Below are positions 17,272-29,424 of a DNA stretch of 64,000 nucleotides, one piece after another. Where the stretch lies: contig OZ024761.1 in assembly GCA_964016885.1 (NCBI GenBank), positions 124,001-188,000 of the forward strand. Direction: 5' to 3'. How positions within the stretch are numbered: the first letter of the stretch is position 1; each line of letters opens with the position of its first letter. Source of the stretch: Eledone cirrhosa. Its lineage: Eukaryota. Under the pieces are notes generated by a model. It was not told where the DNA came from. It saw only the letters and a program-made list of their open reading frames with translations, and did not search any database. The position numbers and the translations under genes are program-made.

Positions 17272-17447
17272 ATGAAGACTTAGAAATAGAAGCCAGGACT
17301 ATCCGTCATCAGTGGTCGACTAGCCATCATAGGTATTTCTTCACATTACGGACCATATACCTCGAACAAATAATGCGAAGAAATACCTATGGTGGCTAGT
17401 CGACCACTGATGACGGATAGTCCTGGCTTCTATTTCTAATTCTTCTT
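17272..17447. repeat. Fold-back element (family B) in (TA)n, containing CTGATGA
   Basis: ~75-bp inverted arms (GAAATAGAAGCCAGGACTATCCGTCATCAG / CTGATGACGGATAGTCCTGGCTTCTATTTC). Confidence 0.8.
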
Positions 17448-17463
17448 ATATATATATATATAT

Positions 17464-17686
17464 ATAACAAAGACGGTGTGGTAAGATACCAGGTGGACCA
17501 TAACGCACCAGAGTACATGATAGTTAATGTGGTAGAGTGGGTAATAGGAAAAGAGTCAGGAACCCGATGGCTGAGCTCCGGCCGTTTTGACAGCTAGATC
17601 CAAACTGTTCGGATCTAGCAGTCGAGACGGCCAAAGCTCAGTCGTCGGCGCCCTAAGCTCAGCCGTCGGCGTCCTGACTCTTTTCA
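17464..17686. mobile_element. Family C hairpin element (diverged copy)
   Basis: Homologous to 20023-20112, 27393-27585, 39269-39462 and 47772-48043; terminal hairpin; (TA)n flanks. Confidence 0.75.
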
Positions 17687-17700
17687 TATATATATCAATA

Positions 17701-18853
17701 CTGGCAGAGTAGCCCGTCGTTGCCGGGCAATTTTCATCATAGAATACCTTTCTTCCAATTCTTTTTATTCCATATCAGACCATGTCTGCCCCATACTTCA
17801 TCTTCCATTACTTATTGGGGCGCAGATTTCACCAACACCGACTTTATTTTGTACATCTGATGGATTGGGTAAGAAGAACAGGGCAAAAATAAATAGTAAA
17901 GTAAAGTTGATTTATTAGGAGTGCAAGTATCCAGGTTTATACCTGAAAGGAATTTTGTCTTCCTTCTTTCTTCAGTAAGGTCTTCTTCTATGGATAGACC
18001 CCTTGATTAGGGCGGGTTTCTGTATTATTAGGAGCAGTTTATCACTTCTCCATAAACAGTCTTTTTTCTTTTTGCTTTTTCCATTTGTTACACAGATGTA
18101 AAGATTTTTCTAACTTTCCAGACTGGAACATTCGACGTAAAGCTGACCATGGGTGAAGCAGAGCACTGCAAGTTATAAACCACCAGGTGAAAATGTTTTC
18201 CCTTGCAATTTGTTGATGATCATGGCAAAACTAAGACTCACTGGAATTTGAAGTCACCGGGAAATGTTTCCTGGCTATTCTTTGTTTCGTTATTGACTCA
18301 CATGCATCACACCGATAGAACAGGCCCTGTTCTGTTGCGCAAATTAGCATTACATAAACACACATAAACTAAAGTAAAACACATTTTAAAAACACACACT
18401 TAAACTAGAGTAAAATCGGGCTGACTGGTGTGTAGTAAATCATATTTGTGTAGACAGAATCTATACGGAAGCCTGTCGGTAAATGTTATATACATTACGT
18501 CAAAGTTCATACAAAGTCTTGTTGATAATTTACTTTGTATATCTTCTTTTTCTTGTTGTAGTTCTTTTAGTTGTTGTTCTTCTTCTTTTCCTTCTTTTCC
18601 TTCTTTTCCTTCTTTTCCTTCTTTTCCTTCTTCTTTTCCTCCTCCTTCTTCTTTTCCTCCAAGCGAGACCAACCGAGCTCATGGATGTTATCCAACCATA
18701 TAATCGACGTCAGTTTATGACCTTTGTGTAGACGTAAACTCTACGGATGCCTGTCGGTAAATGTTTAATACATTACGGGAAAGTTCACACAATGTCTTAT
18801 TGCTAATTTACTCAGTATATAATCAATGCTAGTTTTATGAAGTGGCTCTTATC

Positions 18854-18872
<19 letters not shown>
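17701..18872 (-). mobile_element. Internally deleted Helitron remnant
   Basis: 3' end CCAG (degenerate CTAG) followed by T, subterminal hairpin GCCCG-N7-CGGGC at 17712-17728, helicase remnant inside; 5' TC end at ~18872 is tentative. Confidence 0.65.
18040..18253 (-). pseudogene. Helitron RepHel PIF1-like helicase C-terminal fragment
   Basis: Manual translation LQIPVSLSFAMIINKLQGKTF..GL*L..CFTHGQLYVECS matches PIF1 motifs V/VI (QFP..AMTINKSQG..HGQLYVA.SR); contains in-frame stops. Confidence 0.85.
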
Positions 18873-18884
<12 letters not shown>

Positions 18885-19149
18885 TAGATAGAGAGATATA
18901 GATATAGATATCTATCTATATATACATTTATTGTAATCAATGTCACACCATCTCTCTCTACACACACCATCCACACACCACCATACACAGACACCACCAT
19001 GCCACAATATCCACACACCACCAGACCACAACATCCACACAAGACCACACCACACCGCCCAGCTTGCTCCGACCAGATGTTTTCCTACTTTCACTTTCAA
19101 TTGAGATTCCACTTGACTTCATGCTATATAAACAAGTAACAAAAACAAC

Positions 19150-19385
19150 AGGTTGAAAAACACACACATAAACTAGAGTAAAAGACACTTTAAAAACACA
19201 CACATAAACTAGAGTAAAACACATTTTAAAAACACACACACAAACTAGAGTATAATACATTTTATAAACACACACACAAACTAGAGTAAAACACATTTGA
19301 AAAACACACCCATAAACTAGAGCAAAATACATTTTAAAAACACATACAAAAACTAGAGTAAAATTCAACGAAAAACTCACACACA
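19150..19385. repeat. ~31-bp minisatellite (AAACTAGAGTAAAACACATTTTAAAAACACACAC)
   Basis: About 7 tandem units; two more at 18357-18415. Confidence 0.85.
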
Positions 19386-19611
19386 AGCTACAGAAAAGAT
19401 ATTGAAATCCTGTATTTAAAATAGAATTCTTTTCAATCTATTTCTAGATTTTTATAAGGCAAAGTTTAACATTTTTATTGTTTTGTGGGGTGTTTTGTAT
19501 GTGTATTTTTCCTTTCTTTTGTTTTAAAATGTCTGAGTGATTTGTATAACCAGATGAAGGGAACGAGTGAGTTTGTATGAATATTTATGAAGTAAGTGTA
19601 TACATGCACGT

Positions 19612-19707
<96 letters not shown>

Positions 19708-19864
19708 GTGTGTGTTGTTCATGATTGAAATCGGGGGTAGCCACAGTAAATAATGCACTCAATACATAAGTAGAGTGAGGACAACGAACTTTAATATATG
19801 ATCATTTCATACGAATGAAACAGATCTAGCCTCATAGAAACTACTTCTATAATAAATGTCGTTA

Positions 19865-19960
<96 letters not shown>

Positions 19961-19993
19961 TATATATATAAATATATATGGTCCACCAAAAAA

Positions 19994-20025
<32 letters not shown>

Positions 20026-20146
20026 ACGAAGGAAGTGTAGTAAGGAAGCAGGTGGACCATAATGCATCAGAGTAGTCATTACTTAGGGTAGTAGAGTGGG
20101 TAATAGGAAACGATGGCTATTTCTGGGCTCAGGTATATATATATGA

Positions 20147-20178
<32 letters not shown>

Positions 20179-20191
20179 GTATATATATATG

Positions 20192-20289
<98 letters not shown>

Positions 20290-20384
20290 ATAGGAACGAT
20301 CGACTTTCGTCAAATCGGACCGAGGGAACAATGTTTACGTTGGTCTTTCCAATTGCTAATACTATCTATCGGTCGCAACTCCAG

Positions 20385-20510
20385 GTAGAAGGAGCAACGT
20401 GAAATAAAGTGTCTTGCTCAAGGACATAACGCATCGCCTGGTCCAGGAATCGAACTCACAACCTTACGATTGTGAATCCAATTCTCTAACCACTCAGCCA
20501 CACGCCTTCA
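20385..20510 (-). mobile_element. tRNA-derived SINE 5' part
   Basis: Minus strand TGGCTGAGTGG (A box) and GAGTTCGATTCC (B box), followed by TGTCCTTGAGCAAGACACTTT; related to 43814-44165. Confidence 0.8.
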
Positions 20511-20527
20511 TATATATATAAATATAT

Positions 20528-21150
20528 GGAATGAACTACACGTATCCAGAACAAATGCACCGACGCTAGAGACCGAGACACACACACCACACATTTCCTG
20601 GAAGTACTCAAACTGAACGGATACCCGACGTCCACCACAAACCGTGCCAGAAACAGAGGACACCACACCCGAGGCACTAACACCTGCTTCCTGAAGCTCC
20701 CACACTTCAGTGACCAAACAACAACAGCCATCCGCAGAACTATCAGACGAGAGGGACTAGATATCCAACTAGCCCACTCAGGTCCTTCTCTACGCGGACA
20801 GCTAACCAAAAGACACTCCACCAGACATGACAACTGCTGCAGGCTAGCCAACTGCACTATCAACGACACAGACCTATGCCACCAGACTTACGTCGTATAC
20901 AGACTAGAGTGAGACAAATGCAGCAACTTCTACGTAGGTAGCACCACCAGACCACTCCACATAAGAATAAAAGAACACCTCAATACTAACGCTTCCTCAT
21001 TTAAGAAACACCTAGTAAAATGCAAAAACACCGACAAAACCATAACAGTTAGGATAGAAACTAAGGAAAGAAACCTCGGCAATCTTAGAATTAGGAAGCA
21101 CTAATTATAGACAAAACACAACCACCAATCAATAATAGACTAGAATTCAT
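20528..21150 (+). pseudogene. PLE ORF 3' fragment (RT thumb, Cys linker and GIY-YIG endonuclease)
   Basis: Manual translation FLEVLKLNGYP..FLKLPHFSD..CRLANC..LCHQTYVVYRLE*DKCSNFYVGSTTRPLHIRIKEH..EALII....PPINNR; one TGA and frameshifts. Confidence 0.85.
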
Positions 21151-21661
21151 CACCCAATTTATAACTTGCCCCATACTTACACCCCCCTCCCACACACACG
21201 CACACACACGCTTACACCTCCACTTATTCTCTCTCACACACACACTTACACACACAAAGACCAGTTCTAACACGAGAGAGCATCTATCCCCCACATTTAC
21301 GTATAGACATATCTTCTCACACTCACACACACACACACATACTTACACCTTCACGTATTCTCCCACACACTTAAACATACATGTACAAAACCCATTTTAA
21401 AGGGAGATTACTCTTTATCCATCTAACCATAACTCTTTGACATTAGAGATAGAACAGATACTCTATACCATTTCCCGTCAGTATGACTTGGCAAGCTATT
21501 TAGAACACTGGTTTAACCACTTTACTTTCCTCCGAAGAAGAGATATTATCACGAAAATTAAGGACATTTAAGGTAAAAGACTAATTGTCAACAACATCTT
21601 TTGCATTTGCATTGTTATTCTATGTCCATACCTGCATTGTTTTGGCTTTACAAATACAAAC

Positions 21662-21707
<46 letters not shown>

Positions 21708-21839
21708 TCATTCTATTCCATTTATCGTTTTCGGTGCGCCCAGCCGACTGAACTCACTCGATATGCAAATTGGGCTGCTGAGCCGTTAATATGCATAAGG
21801 AAAGGTATATACTTTCAGACGTTCAACCATCTGGCAGGA

Positions 21840-22095
21840 AGGTATACGATGCTGACGATAGCTAATGGGCTTGAAACTGGTACATGGTTCCTGTGTCAGT
21901 GTTGAACAAAAAGTTGACGTGGTTGCCTAAACTCTGTACGGCGTAATTCGGGCTGTTTGTTTGTTTACAAACAAACAAACAGCCCGAATTACGCCGTACA
22001 GAGTTTAGGCAACCACGTCAACTTTTTGTTCAACACTGACACAGGAACCATGTACCAGTTTCAAGCCCATTAGCTATCGTCAGCATCGTATACCT
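21840..22095. mobile_element. Fold-back element family H with an HHR on each arm
   Basis: ~125-bp essentially perfect inverted arms pivoting on GTTTGTTTGTTTACAAACAAACAAAC; related copy at 60664-61019. Confidence 0.85.
21848..21886 (+). ncRNA. Minimal type-I hammerhead ribozyme motif
   Basis: atg-CTGACGA-tagctaatgggctt-GAAA-ctgg-TA-cat; mirror copy on the minus strand at ~22049-22087. Confidence 0.65.
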
Positions 22096-22799
22096 CGGAC
22101 AAACAAACAAACCGAGCATTGTAGTAAATTTTCGGTAAACCGATACGTCCATATATATATATGTGTGCATATATGTATAGATATACATACTACTGTACGT
22201 CTGTATATATATATATATATATGTATGTACGTATCCATACATACATACTTATAGATATATAGTAATAATAATAAATTTGAAGACTAAAATCCAAAGAGGG
22301 CTCGATAAGGATAAATATATATCAAATATATAAGAACCGTAGAGCAAATGAAGGTACGTATACTTTCTCATACGTATATCTGATTGTATATGTTATATTT
22401 ATATATTCTAGTACATATGCTTTTGGTTATGTGTATACGTGAGTTTTGCGTCTGTGTGAGTATGCGGGTTCGTACGTATGTAGGGTGTGTGTTTATGTGT
22501 ACTTCGTGTTTTGGTTGACGTCGTCTCCGAACATTTGTGTATTTACATGTAGGTATGTGTGTGCGCTTTTTATATACGTATTTATCTATTTATATACGTT
22601 TATTTAATTATTTGTGTACACGCATACACACACACACACATATTTATATGTGCGTGTTTTTGTATATCTATGTATGCTTGTGTATGTACGTATATGGATG
22701 CGTGTATGTATTTATTTAATTTCAATTACCTCTGTATTTTATTTACTTTATTCTTAACTCTGAAGCCGAGAATCATTCGGTTTCCTAGTTAGAATTTAA

Positions 22800-23070
22800 G
22801 TCTACGACTTCAGTTATACCATTTACGTGGTTTTGTCTTTGCGTGCAATTGTTCTCCACACTCCACATATGACTTATTATCTTCGTTTTTTTCCGTTCAT
22901 TGCCAGAGAACGTCTCTATGAACCACCTAAGAGAATATTAGTCTACGACTTCTTAAATACCATAAACGTGGTTTTGTCTTTGCGTGTAATTGTTTTTCAC
23001 CGCTCCAAATAATTACGTATTATATTCGTTTTTCCCGTTCTTTGCCAGGGAACGTTTCCACGAACCAAAG
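22800..23070. repeat. Diverged two-copy ~142-bp tandem duplication
   Basis: TCTACGACTTC...CGTGGTTTTGTCTTTGCGTG at 22801 and 22943. Confidence 0.75.
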
Positions 23071-23227
23071 TATCGTCTTCCTGTCTTCCTCCGGTTGCAA
23101 GGTTTTTTTAAATATTCACTTCTGCGTCACAGATTGACTTTGTTAGTTTCAGAAGATCCCGTTAAGGGTGAAAGCACCGATTCTTTGCTTAAACTTTAAT
23201 CTGTTATTTTAATAAATAAATAAATAT

Positions 23228-23279
<52 letters not shown>

Positions 23280-23397
23280 GTAAACGGAATAGAAAATGCT
23301 GACAAATTGTTCACAGTTGAAAAATGGTTTAATTAGGAATAAAAGAGTATTAGTGATTGTATGGGTTAGTATTCAGTTGTGGTTTTAAGTTTTTAAG

Positions 23398-23436
23398 TTT
23401 TTACCGGTTGCGCATTTCTAAATGCTTTTCAAAAAT
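23398..23436 (-). ncRNA. Degenerate U3-A8 hammerhead motif (family D-like)
   Basis: ttt-TTGAAAA-gcatttagaaatgc-GCAA-ccgg-TA-aaa; GAAA mutated to GCAA. Confidence 0.5.
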
Positions 23437-23627
23437 AATTTTGAGAAAGAGTGTCCGTGCTGTTTGCTCTGATCTGATTAGTTTTGGGAATTCTACCTGT
23501 TTTTATGTTAAAAAAGTGGCTCCAGCGTTATTTTTGTGTTGCAAAAATGCTTGTGGTCAAAACAATTTATTATCCTGATTTCCCAGTCGGTTATTTTAAT
23601 AACTGGATGGTTGTTTAGTTGCTGATT

Positions 23628-23670
23628 GTCAAACCTCTTTCATCACACATCATATGACCTCTTCAGTGAC
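23628..23670 (-). ncRNA. Minimal hammerhead-like motif
   Basis: gtca-CTGAAGA-ggtcatatgatgtgtgat-GAAA-gagg-TT-tgac; homologous to 41875-41917. Confidence 0.55.
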
Positions 23671-23737
23671 TATTTCTGTTATTTTGTGTTCCCTCTTTAT
23701 TGAGTTTTACACTAGCTTCACTTTATCATATATATAT

Positions 23738-23822
<85 letters not shown>

Positions 23823-23844
23823 GTATAAAAATCAATACAATATA

Positions 23845-23921
23845 ATTACCTCATACCAGAGGTTTCCCGAATGAGGCGAATACGAAAGAAACGTCTTCAT
23901 TCGTTCGTCAGACGAGGCAAT
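23845..23921 (-). ncRNA. Hammerhead-like motif, cleavage-site nucleotide apparently missing
   Basis: attgcctcgt-CTGACGA-[cgaatga..tcattcg]-GAAA-cctctgg-T-atgaggtaat; 10-bp stem I. Confidence 0.55.
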
Positions 23922-24599
23922 ATAAAACATGGGTAAATACATGGAAAGTCTCATCAAGAAAAGCAAAAAAAATATAGACAAATGAATTAGAATATGAAAT
24001 ATATAAAAATCTTTCAAGAAATATAGTTAGGTGTGTGTATATGTATGTATATACGCTCACAGATGTGCATATATGTGTATGCACATATGTATACGTATAG
24101 TGAAAAAGTGTGCGTAAATATATAATTTAGGGCAAATGTATCTGTGTATCTGTAATCTACAGACAGAATAGATACATCATAAGAATATGAAGGCACGCGC
24201 ATAAACACACCTACACACACGTACACTTAGATGCGGAAGTAAAAGAGGTAAGGGAGTGTAATAATTAAAGGAAAGTATCAATCTCGATATATTTATAAAA
24301 ATGGAACAATAATTTAGAAAGAAAAAATTAAAGAAAAGAAGACAAAAAAGGTACACGCATACACACACACGTATATCTCACAAAAGAAACGCAAAAATAT
24401 ACATGCTGATATACACACGCACACTTACACGTCCATACATTCGATACGTACACACACACACACATACTTACACTCACGCATATTGACCTGTTTGCATGCA
24501 CACGCATAAAAATGAGGATGTAAAAAAAAGGGGAGAAGAAAAAAGAAACAAAACATAAAACCTAGATGTAAAAACACGGATATAAAGACACATACACAT

Positions 24600-24634
<35 letters not shown>

Positions 24635-24764
24635 CACGCACGCGCGCGCACATACGTAGGCGCTTTTATACATTAAATTTTGCTCTGGTACTTACATAGA
24701 GCACTCTTCACTTCTATGACCTTTTCTGTTTTCAACGGAAATTTCAATACATATATATATATAT

Positions 24765-25186
24765 ATACGATATTAATAAATGGAAACTATATTTATAAAA
24801 CCATATTTATTTCATTATACATATATCAGGGATACCAAATTAAATTATGGTATGCCTTCATCAGACAAAATACAATATATAACAGTTTTACAAATAAGCT
24901 TTGACGTACCCTTTTAAAATGCAACCATTATTTTTGGAAGCCATTTAAAAGGGTACGTCAAAGCTTATTTGTAAAACTGTTATATATTGTATTTTGTCTG
25001 ATGAAGGCATACCATAATTTAATTTGGTATCCCTGAAATATGTATAATGAAATAAATATGGTTTTATAAATATAGTTTCCATTTATTAATATCGTATATC
25101 TACTCCAAATACTTGTCGAATGCTTTATATCAGTTATAAAAATATTTACTTGTTGTATCCCAACAATTTTAAATACAACTTTTGCA
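24765..25186. mobile_element. Fold-back non-autonomous derivative of the Naiad-like PLE pLTR (family F)
   Basis: ~150-bp inverted arms; near-identical to 51225-51392 and 48224-48480. Confidence 0.88.
24990..25054 (+). ncRNA. Minimal type-I hammerhead ribozyme
   Basis: tattttgt-CTGATGA-aggcatacca..tggtatccct-GAAA-tatgta-TA-atgaaata. Confidence 0.8.
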
Positions 25187-25284
25187 TATATATATATATA
25201 TATTGCTGTTTCTTTTTCTATCCACTCAAACTGTTCTATTCTCCTTTCTCTATACTCCTCTCCTTTCCCTGTATATCATTCTAT

Positions 25285-25640
25285 TTCACCCCCTCTATCT
25301 CTCCCCTTCTCTCCTTCTACCTCACCCCCTCTCTCCTTCTACCTCCACCCCCTCTCTCCTTCTATCTCACCCCCTCTCTCCTTCTACCTCTCCCCTCTCT
25401 CCTTCTACCTCTCCCCTCTCTCCTTCTACCTCTCCCCCTCTCTCCTTCTACCTCACCCCTTCTCTCCTACCTCTCCCCTCTCTCCTTCTACCTCTCCCCT
25501 CTCTCCTTCTACCTCTCCCCCTCTCTCCTTCTACCCCACCCTCTCTCTTTTTCTACCTCACCCCTCTTCTCTCCTTCTATCTCTCCCCTCTTCTCTCCTT
25601 CTATCTCCCCCCTTCTCACCCTCTATCTCTCTCTTTCCCC
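25285..25640. repeat. CT-rich ~21-bp minisatellite (CTCTCCTTCTACCTCTCCCCT)
   Basis: Tandem units directly visible. Confidence 0.85.
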
Positions 25641-25859
25641 ATCTCCACCCACTCTCTTCTAATGTATTTCACTCTCCTATTACCTTTCAACATCCCCTTC
25701 ACCCCTTATCTGCCCCCCCCCCCACAGTAAATATAATTCAATACACTAATACGCCGCCAGGTGAGTATATATATAAATATATTGGGTCATCAAGTATGAA
25801 ATTTGTAGAAATTTATTTTTTTTCTCAATATTTCTACAAATTTGATACTTGACGGCCCA

Positions 25860-25910
<51 letters not shown>

Positions 25911-26096
25911 TGTGTGTGTTTGTGTGTGTGTTCTATAAAAACCGAACAAGAATATCGAAAGAACACCACAGAGACTATTCTATTATCTCATCCCAACATT
26001 CTGTCTTCCCTTTATTCCTTTATTCTTTCACTTCTGCATTCTGGCATTCCAATATTTATTTATTTATTTATATTTCATCTGTTGTTATATATAATT

Positions 26097-26283
26097 GTTT
26101 CTACTTTTGGCACAAGGCCAGCAAGTATCCAGTGCATTACTGGTACTTTATTTTATCGACCCCGTAAGGATGAAATGCAAAGTTAACCTCGGCGGGATTT
26201 GAACTCAGTCCGTAAAGGGACGTAACTGTGCTGCAAAGCATGGCGTCCGACCCTCCACCGATACTGGCAATCTACCACCCTTA
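26097..26283 (-). mobile_element. tRNA-derived SINE (octopus-type family)
   Basis: Reverse complement of CTGAGTTCAAATCCCGCCGAGGTTAACTTTG..CATCCTTACGGGGTCGATAAAATAAAGTACCAG, which recurs many times in the window. Confidence 0.85.
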
Positions 26284-26410
26284 TTGTTATATATAATGAA
26301 TTGTTTTGTTCCATTCTCTTATTTGTTTTAGCTGTCGATTCAACGGTTCATTTTATATCTATCCACACACACACACACACAGATATATATACATATGTGT
26401 GTGTGTGTGT

Positions 26411-26668
<258 letters not shown>

Positions 26669-26686
26669 GCGAGAGTACATGTTAAA

Positions 26687-26778
26687 ACTTATCTGAGGAG
26701 CTTCCGATTCCAGAGTCAGGTTCGATCATTAATACATCGTGCCTCGAGCTGATCGACAGTGAAACATATGTCATATGT
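26687..26778 (+). ncRNA. Type-I hammerhead with long domain II
   Basis: acttat-CTGAGGA-[61 nt]-GAAA-catatg-TC-atatgt; palindromic stem III, GUC site. Confidence 0.7.
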
Positions 26779-27392
26779 AATTAAATATGTATTTGTTCTC
26801 TCATATATTAATACTATATATATGTGTGTGTGTGTGAGTGTTTGTTTAAAAAAGTGACAGACTGAGTTGTTTTGAGTTATCCCAACTGTTTAATTTAAAA
26901 TTTAAGTACTAATTCGATCTAAATTTTAAGTTCTGGAAGAATTCCTAATAAATTTTATAAAAGCAGTTTTTACTTTCATTGTTCTTCATTTGTTGTTAGT
27001 TGTGGTAGTGGTGGGGATGATGGGTGTGGTGTTGGTGGTGGAGGTGATGGTGGGAGTGGTAGTGGTCGGTGGTGGTGGTGGAGAAAAGTGTTGAATGTTT
27101 GGTGGGAGTAGTAGTGGTTCGTGGTGGTTGTGGGAGTGGTAGTGGTGGTGGTGGTGGTGGTGGTAGTGATGATGGTGGTGGCGGAGCTGTCGAGAATTGT
27201 CAATGAATGGCAATAATTAAGAAATCGTTAATTGAAGTCGGACTAAAATAGTAACTTTAGAATTTGTAAACAATTTGTTCACAACAACAAGTTTTACGTC
27301 AGTGAAACAAAGGAAAGTCTGACGAGGTATTTGATTGTGCATATATATATATATATAATATATATTTATGTATATATATATATATATATATA

Positions 27393-27581
27393 TAACGGAG
27401 GAAATGTGGTAGGAACCAGGTGGACCATAACGCACCAAAGTACTCAATACTTAGGGTAGTAGAGTGGGTAATAGGAACGAGTAGGACCCCGACGGCTGAG
27501 CTCAAGCCGTTTTGACGGCTTATTCTGGACTGAATTAGCCGTCGAAACGGCTTGAGCTCAGCTGTCGGGGTCCTACTCGTT

Positions 27582-27585
<4 letters not shown>
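27393..27585. mobile_element. Family C hairpin element
   Basis: Terminal ~55-bp inverted arms; (TA)n flanks. Confidence 0.85.
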
Positions 27586-27622
<37 letters not shown>

Positions 27623-27691
27623 TATGAAGAGAGAAGAAACATTTAGATATAATTAGTAATAAAATGTATCATACCTAAACTGCTCCTAAAT

Positions 27692-27781
27692 TCCTCGACT
27701 ACGTAGTTTCGTGGCATAAACAAAAACAATATATCATAAAGATATAGAGTCCTTGCGAGGTCTGCCGACTTATCAAGAGGA
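27692..27781 (-). ncRNA. Type-I hammerhead, U3-A8 core variant
   Basis: tcctc-TTGATAA-gtcggca..tgccac-GAAA-ctacgtag-TC-gagga. Confidence 0.72.
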
Positions 27782-27810
27782 TACCTCATTATATATATAT
27801 ATATATATAT

Positions 27811-28635
27811 TAGAAAGTGAGGTTTTTTTTACAAAATGAAAAATAACCGAGGTGTCCTACACGAGTGAAAGTATAAAGAAAAAGAGATGAAATCGAAAAT
27901 GCAACTGGAGTCTTATTTTTTTAAAAAATATATATATTTACTTGGTTCCTTTACCGGTTTCGCAGTTCTTCTGCTTTTCAAAAGGTGAGTTGAGATGGAG
28001 GGTCAGTGGTTATAATAAATTTCGCGCCAGTTCGCGTTACAATAGTTCTTCAAATAAGAGGGGGGCGTTGTCACAGGTTGTTTTTTCATATATGAGTGTT
28101 TGAATTTCTTTTTACTTGAAAAAAGGAGGCTCACGAAGGCTTTTTTTTGGTTGGTTATAAATGAAATTATGGCTGTCACGTGAACAAATTTTCATTAAAT
28201 TTGTGTGCCCTTATTTGGATATCCATTCTGTAGCCTTTTTAGAGAATTTTTTGATAAGTGAAAGATAATGGTCAAGAGAGAGGGATGGGAGAATTGTTCT
28301 GGTTCAGTGAATATGGTTAGTTCGCTGGGGTGTCAGAATTCAGATTTTCTCTTATTTGAAGAACTATTGTAACGCGAACTGGCGCGAAATTTATTATAAT
28401 TATTGACAAACCAATCAAATTACTTCTCGAAAAACCTGGCATTTCGAGCCACTTTTTCCATATAAAACAAGTAACATTCAGAGACCAACCAGATGTGAGA
28501 AAAACCACAGACCCTCCATCTCAACTCACCTTTTGAAAAGCAGAAGAACTGCGAAACCGGTAAAGGAACCAAGTAAATATATATATTTAAAAAAAAAATA
28601 AGACTCCAGTTACATTTTCGATTTCATCTCTTTTT

Positions 28636-28640
<5 letters not shown>
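27811..28640. mobile_element. Fold-back element family D with U3-A8 HHRs on both arms
   Basis: 27876-28060 is inverted at 28350-28640 (with an insertion); HHRs at 27948-27985 (-) and 28529-28566 (+). Confidence 0.85.
28529..28566 (+). ncRNA. Minimal hammerhead, U3-A8 core variant
   Basis: cctt-TTGAAAA-gcagaagaactgc-GAAA-ccgg-TA-aagg. Confidence 0.75.
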
Positions 28641-28680
<40 letters not shown>

Positions 28681-28698
28681 TTATGTATATATATATAG

Positions 28699-28731
<33 letters not shown>

Positions 28732-28816
28732 TTATGTATATATATATAGATATATATAGATATATATATAATATATATTTATGTGTATATATAGAGATAT
28801 ATATATAATATATATT

Positions 28817-28865
<49 letters not shown>

Positions 28866-29004
28866 TATATATAATATATATATATATATATAGATGTATA
28901 TATATTTATGTATATATATATATTTATGTATATATATAGAGAGAGATATATATATATATAACATATATTTATGTATATATATATAGATATATATACATAT
29001 ATAT

Positions 29005-29077
<73 letters not shown>

Positions 29078-29424
29078 TACTTGGGAAGGGTCATATTTGT
29101 GTAATATTGCCAGAATTAATAACAGAACACAATCACTGTTTGGTTGGTTTTCGCTTTTCGCTTCTGTGTATATCGGTTAATTTAATTTATTCGGTCCTCA
29201 ATGTTGCCATTGACTGACCAATGGTCAAAAATACAGATACAATATAGACACAAACACATATATATAGTTTATCAAAGTTCTTTCGTTGCAACATCGTCAG
29301 TGGTGCTATTGTTTCCTCCCGTTAACCAGAGTTCCGTGTCTAATACAGGTAGTCTATTGTTAGGGTGTTTGGAAGGGTAGTCGATAGTTACAGTTATACT
29401 CTGGTGTATGGAATTAGCTATTAT

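Noticed and set aside
21525-21570. Active HHR at the 3' end of the 20.5-kb PLE (CCGAAGA..GAAA); likewise CAGAAGA..GAAA at 23150-23175
   Set aside because: Core and stem III are too degenerate; probably decayed pLTR motifs.
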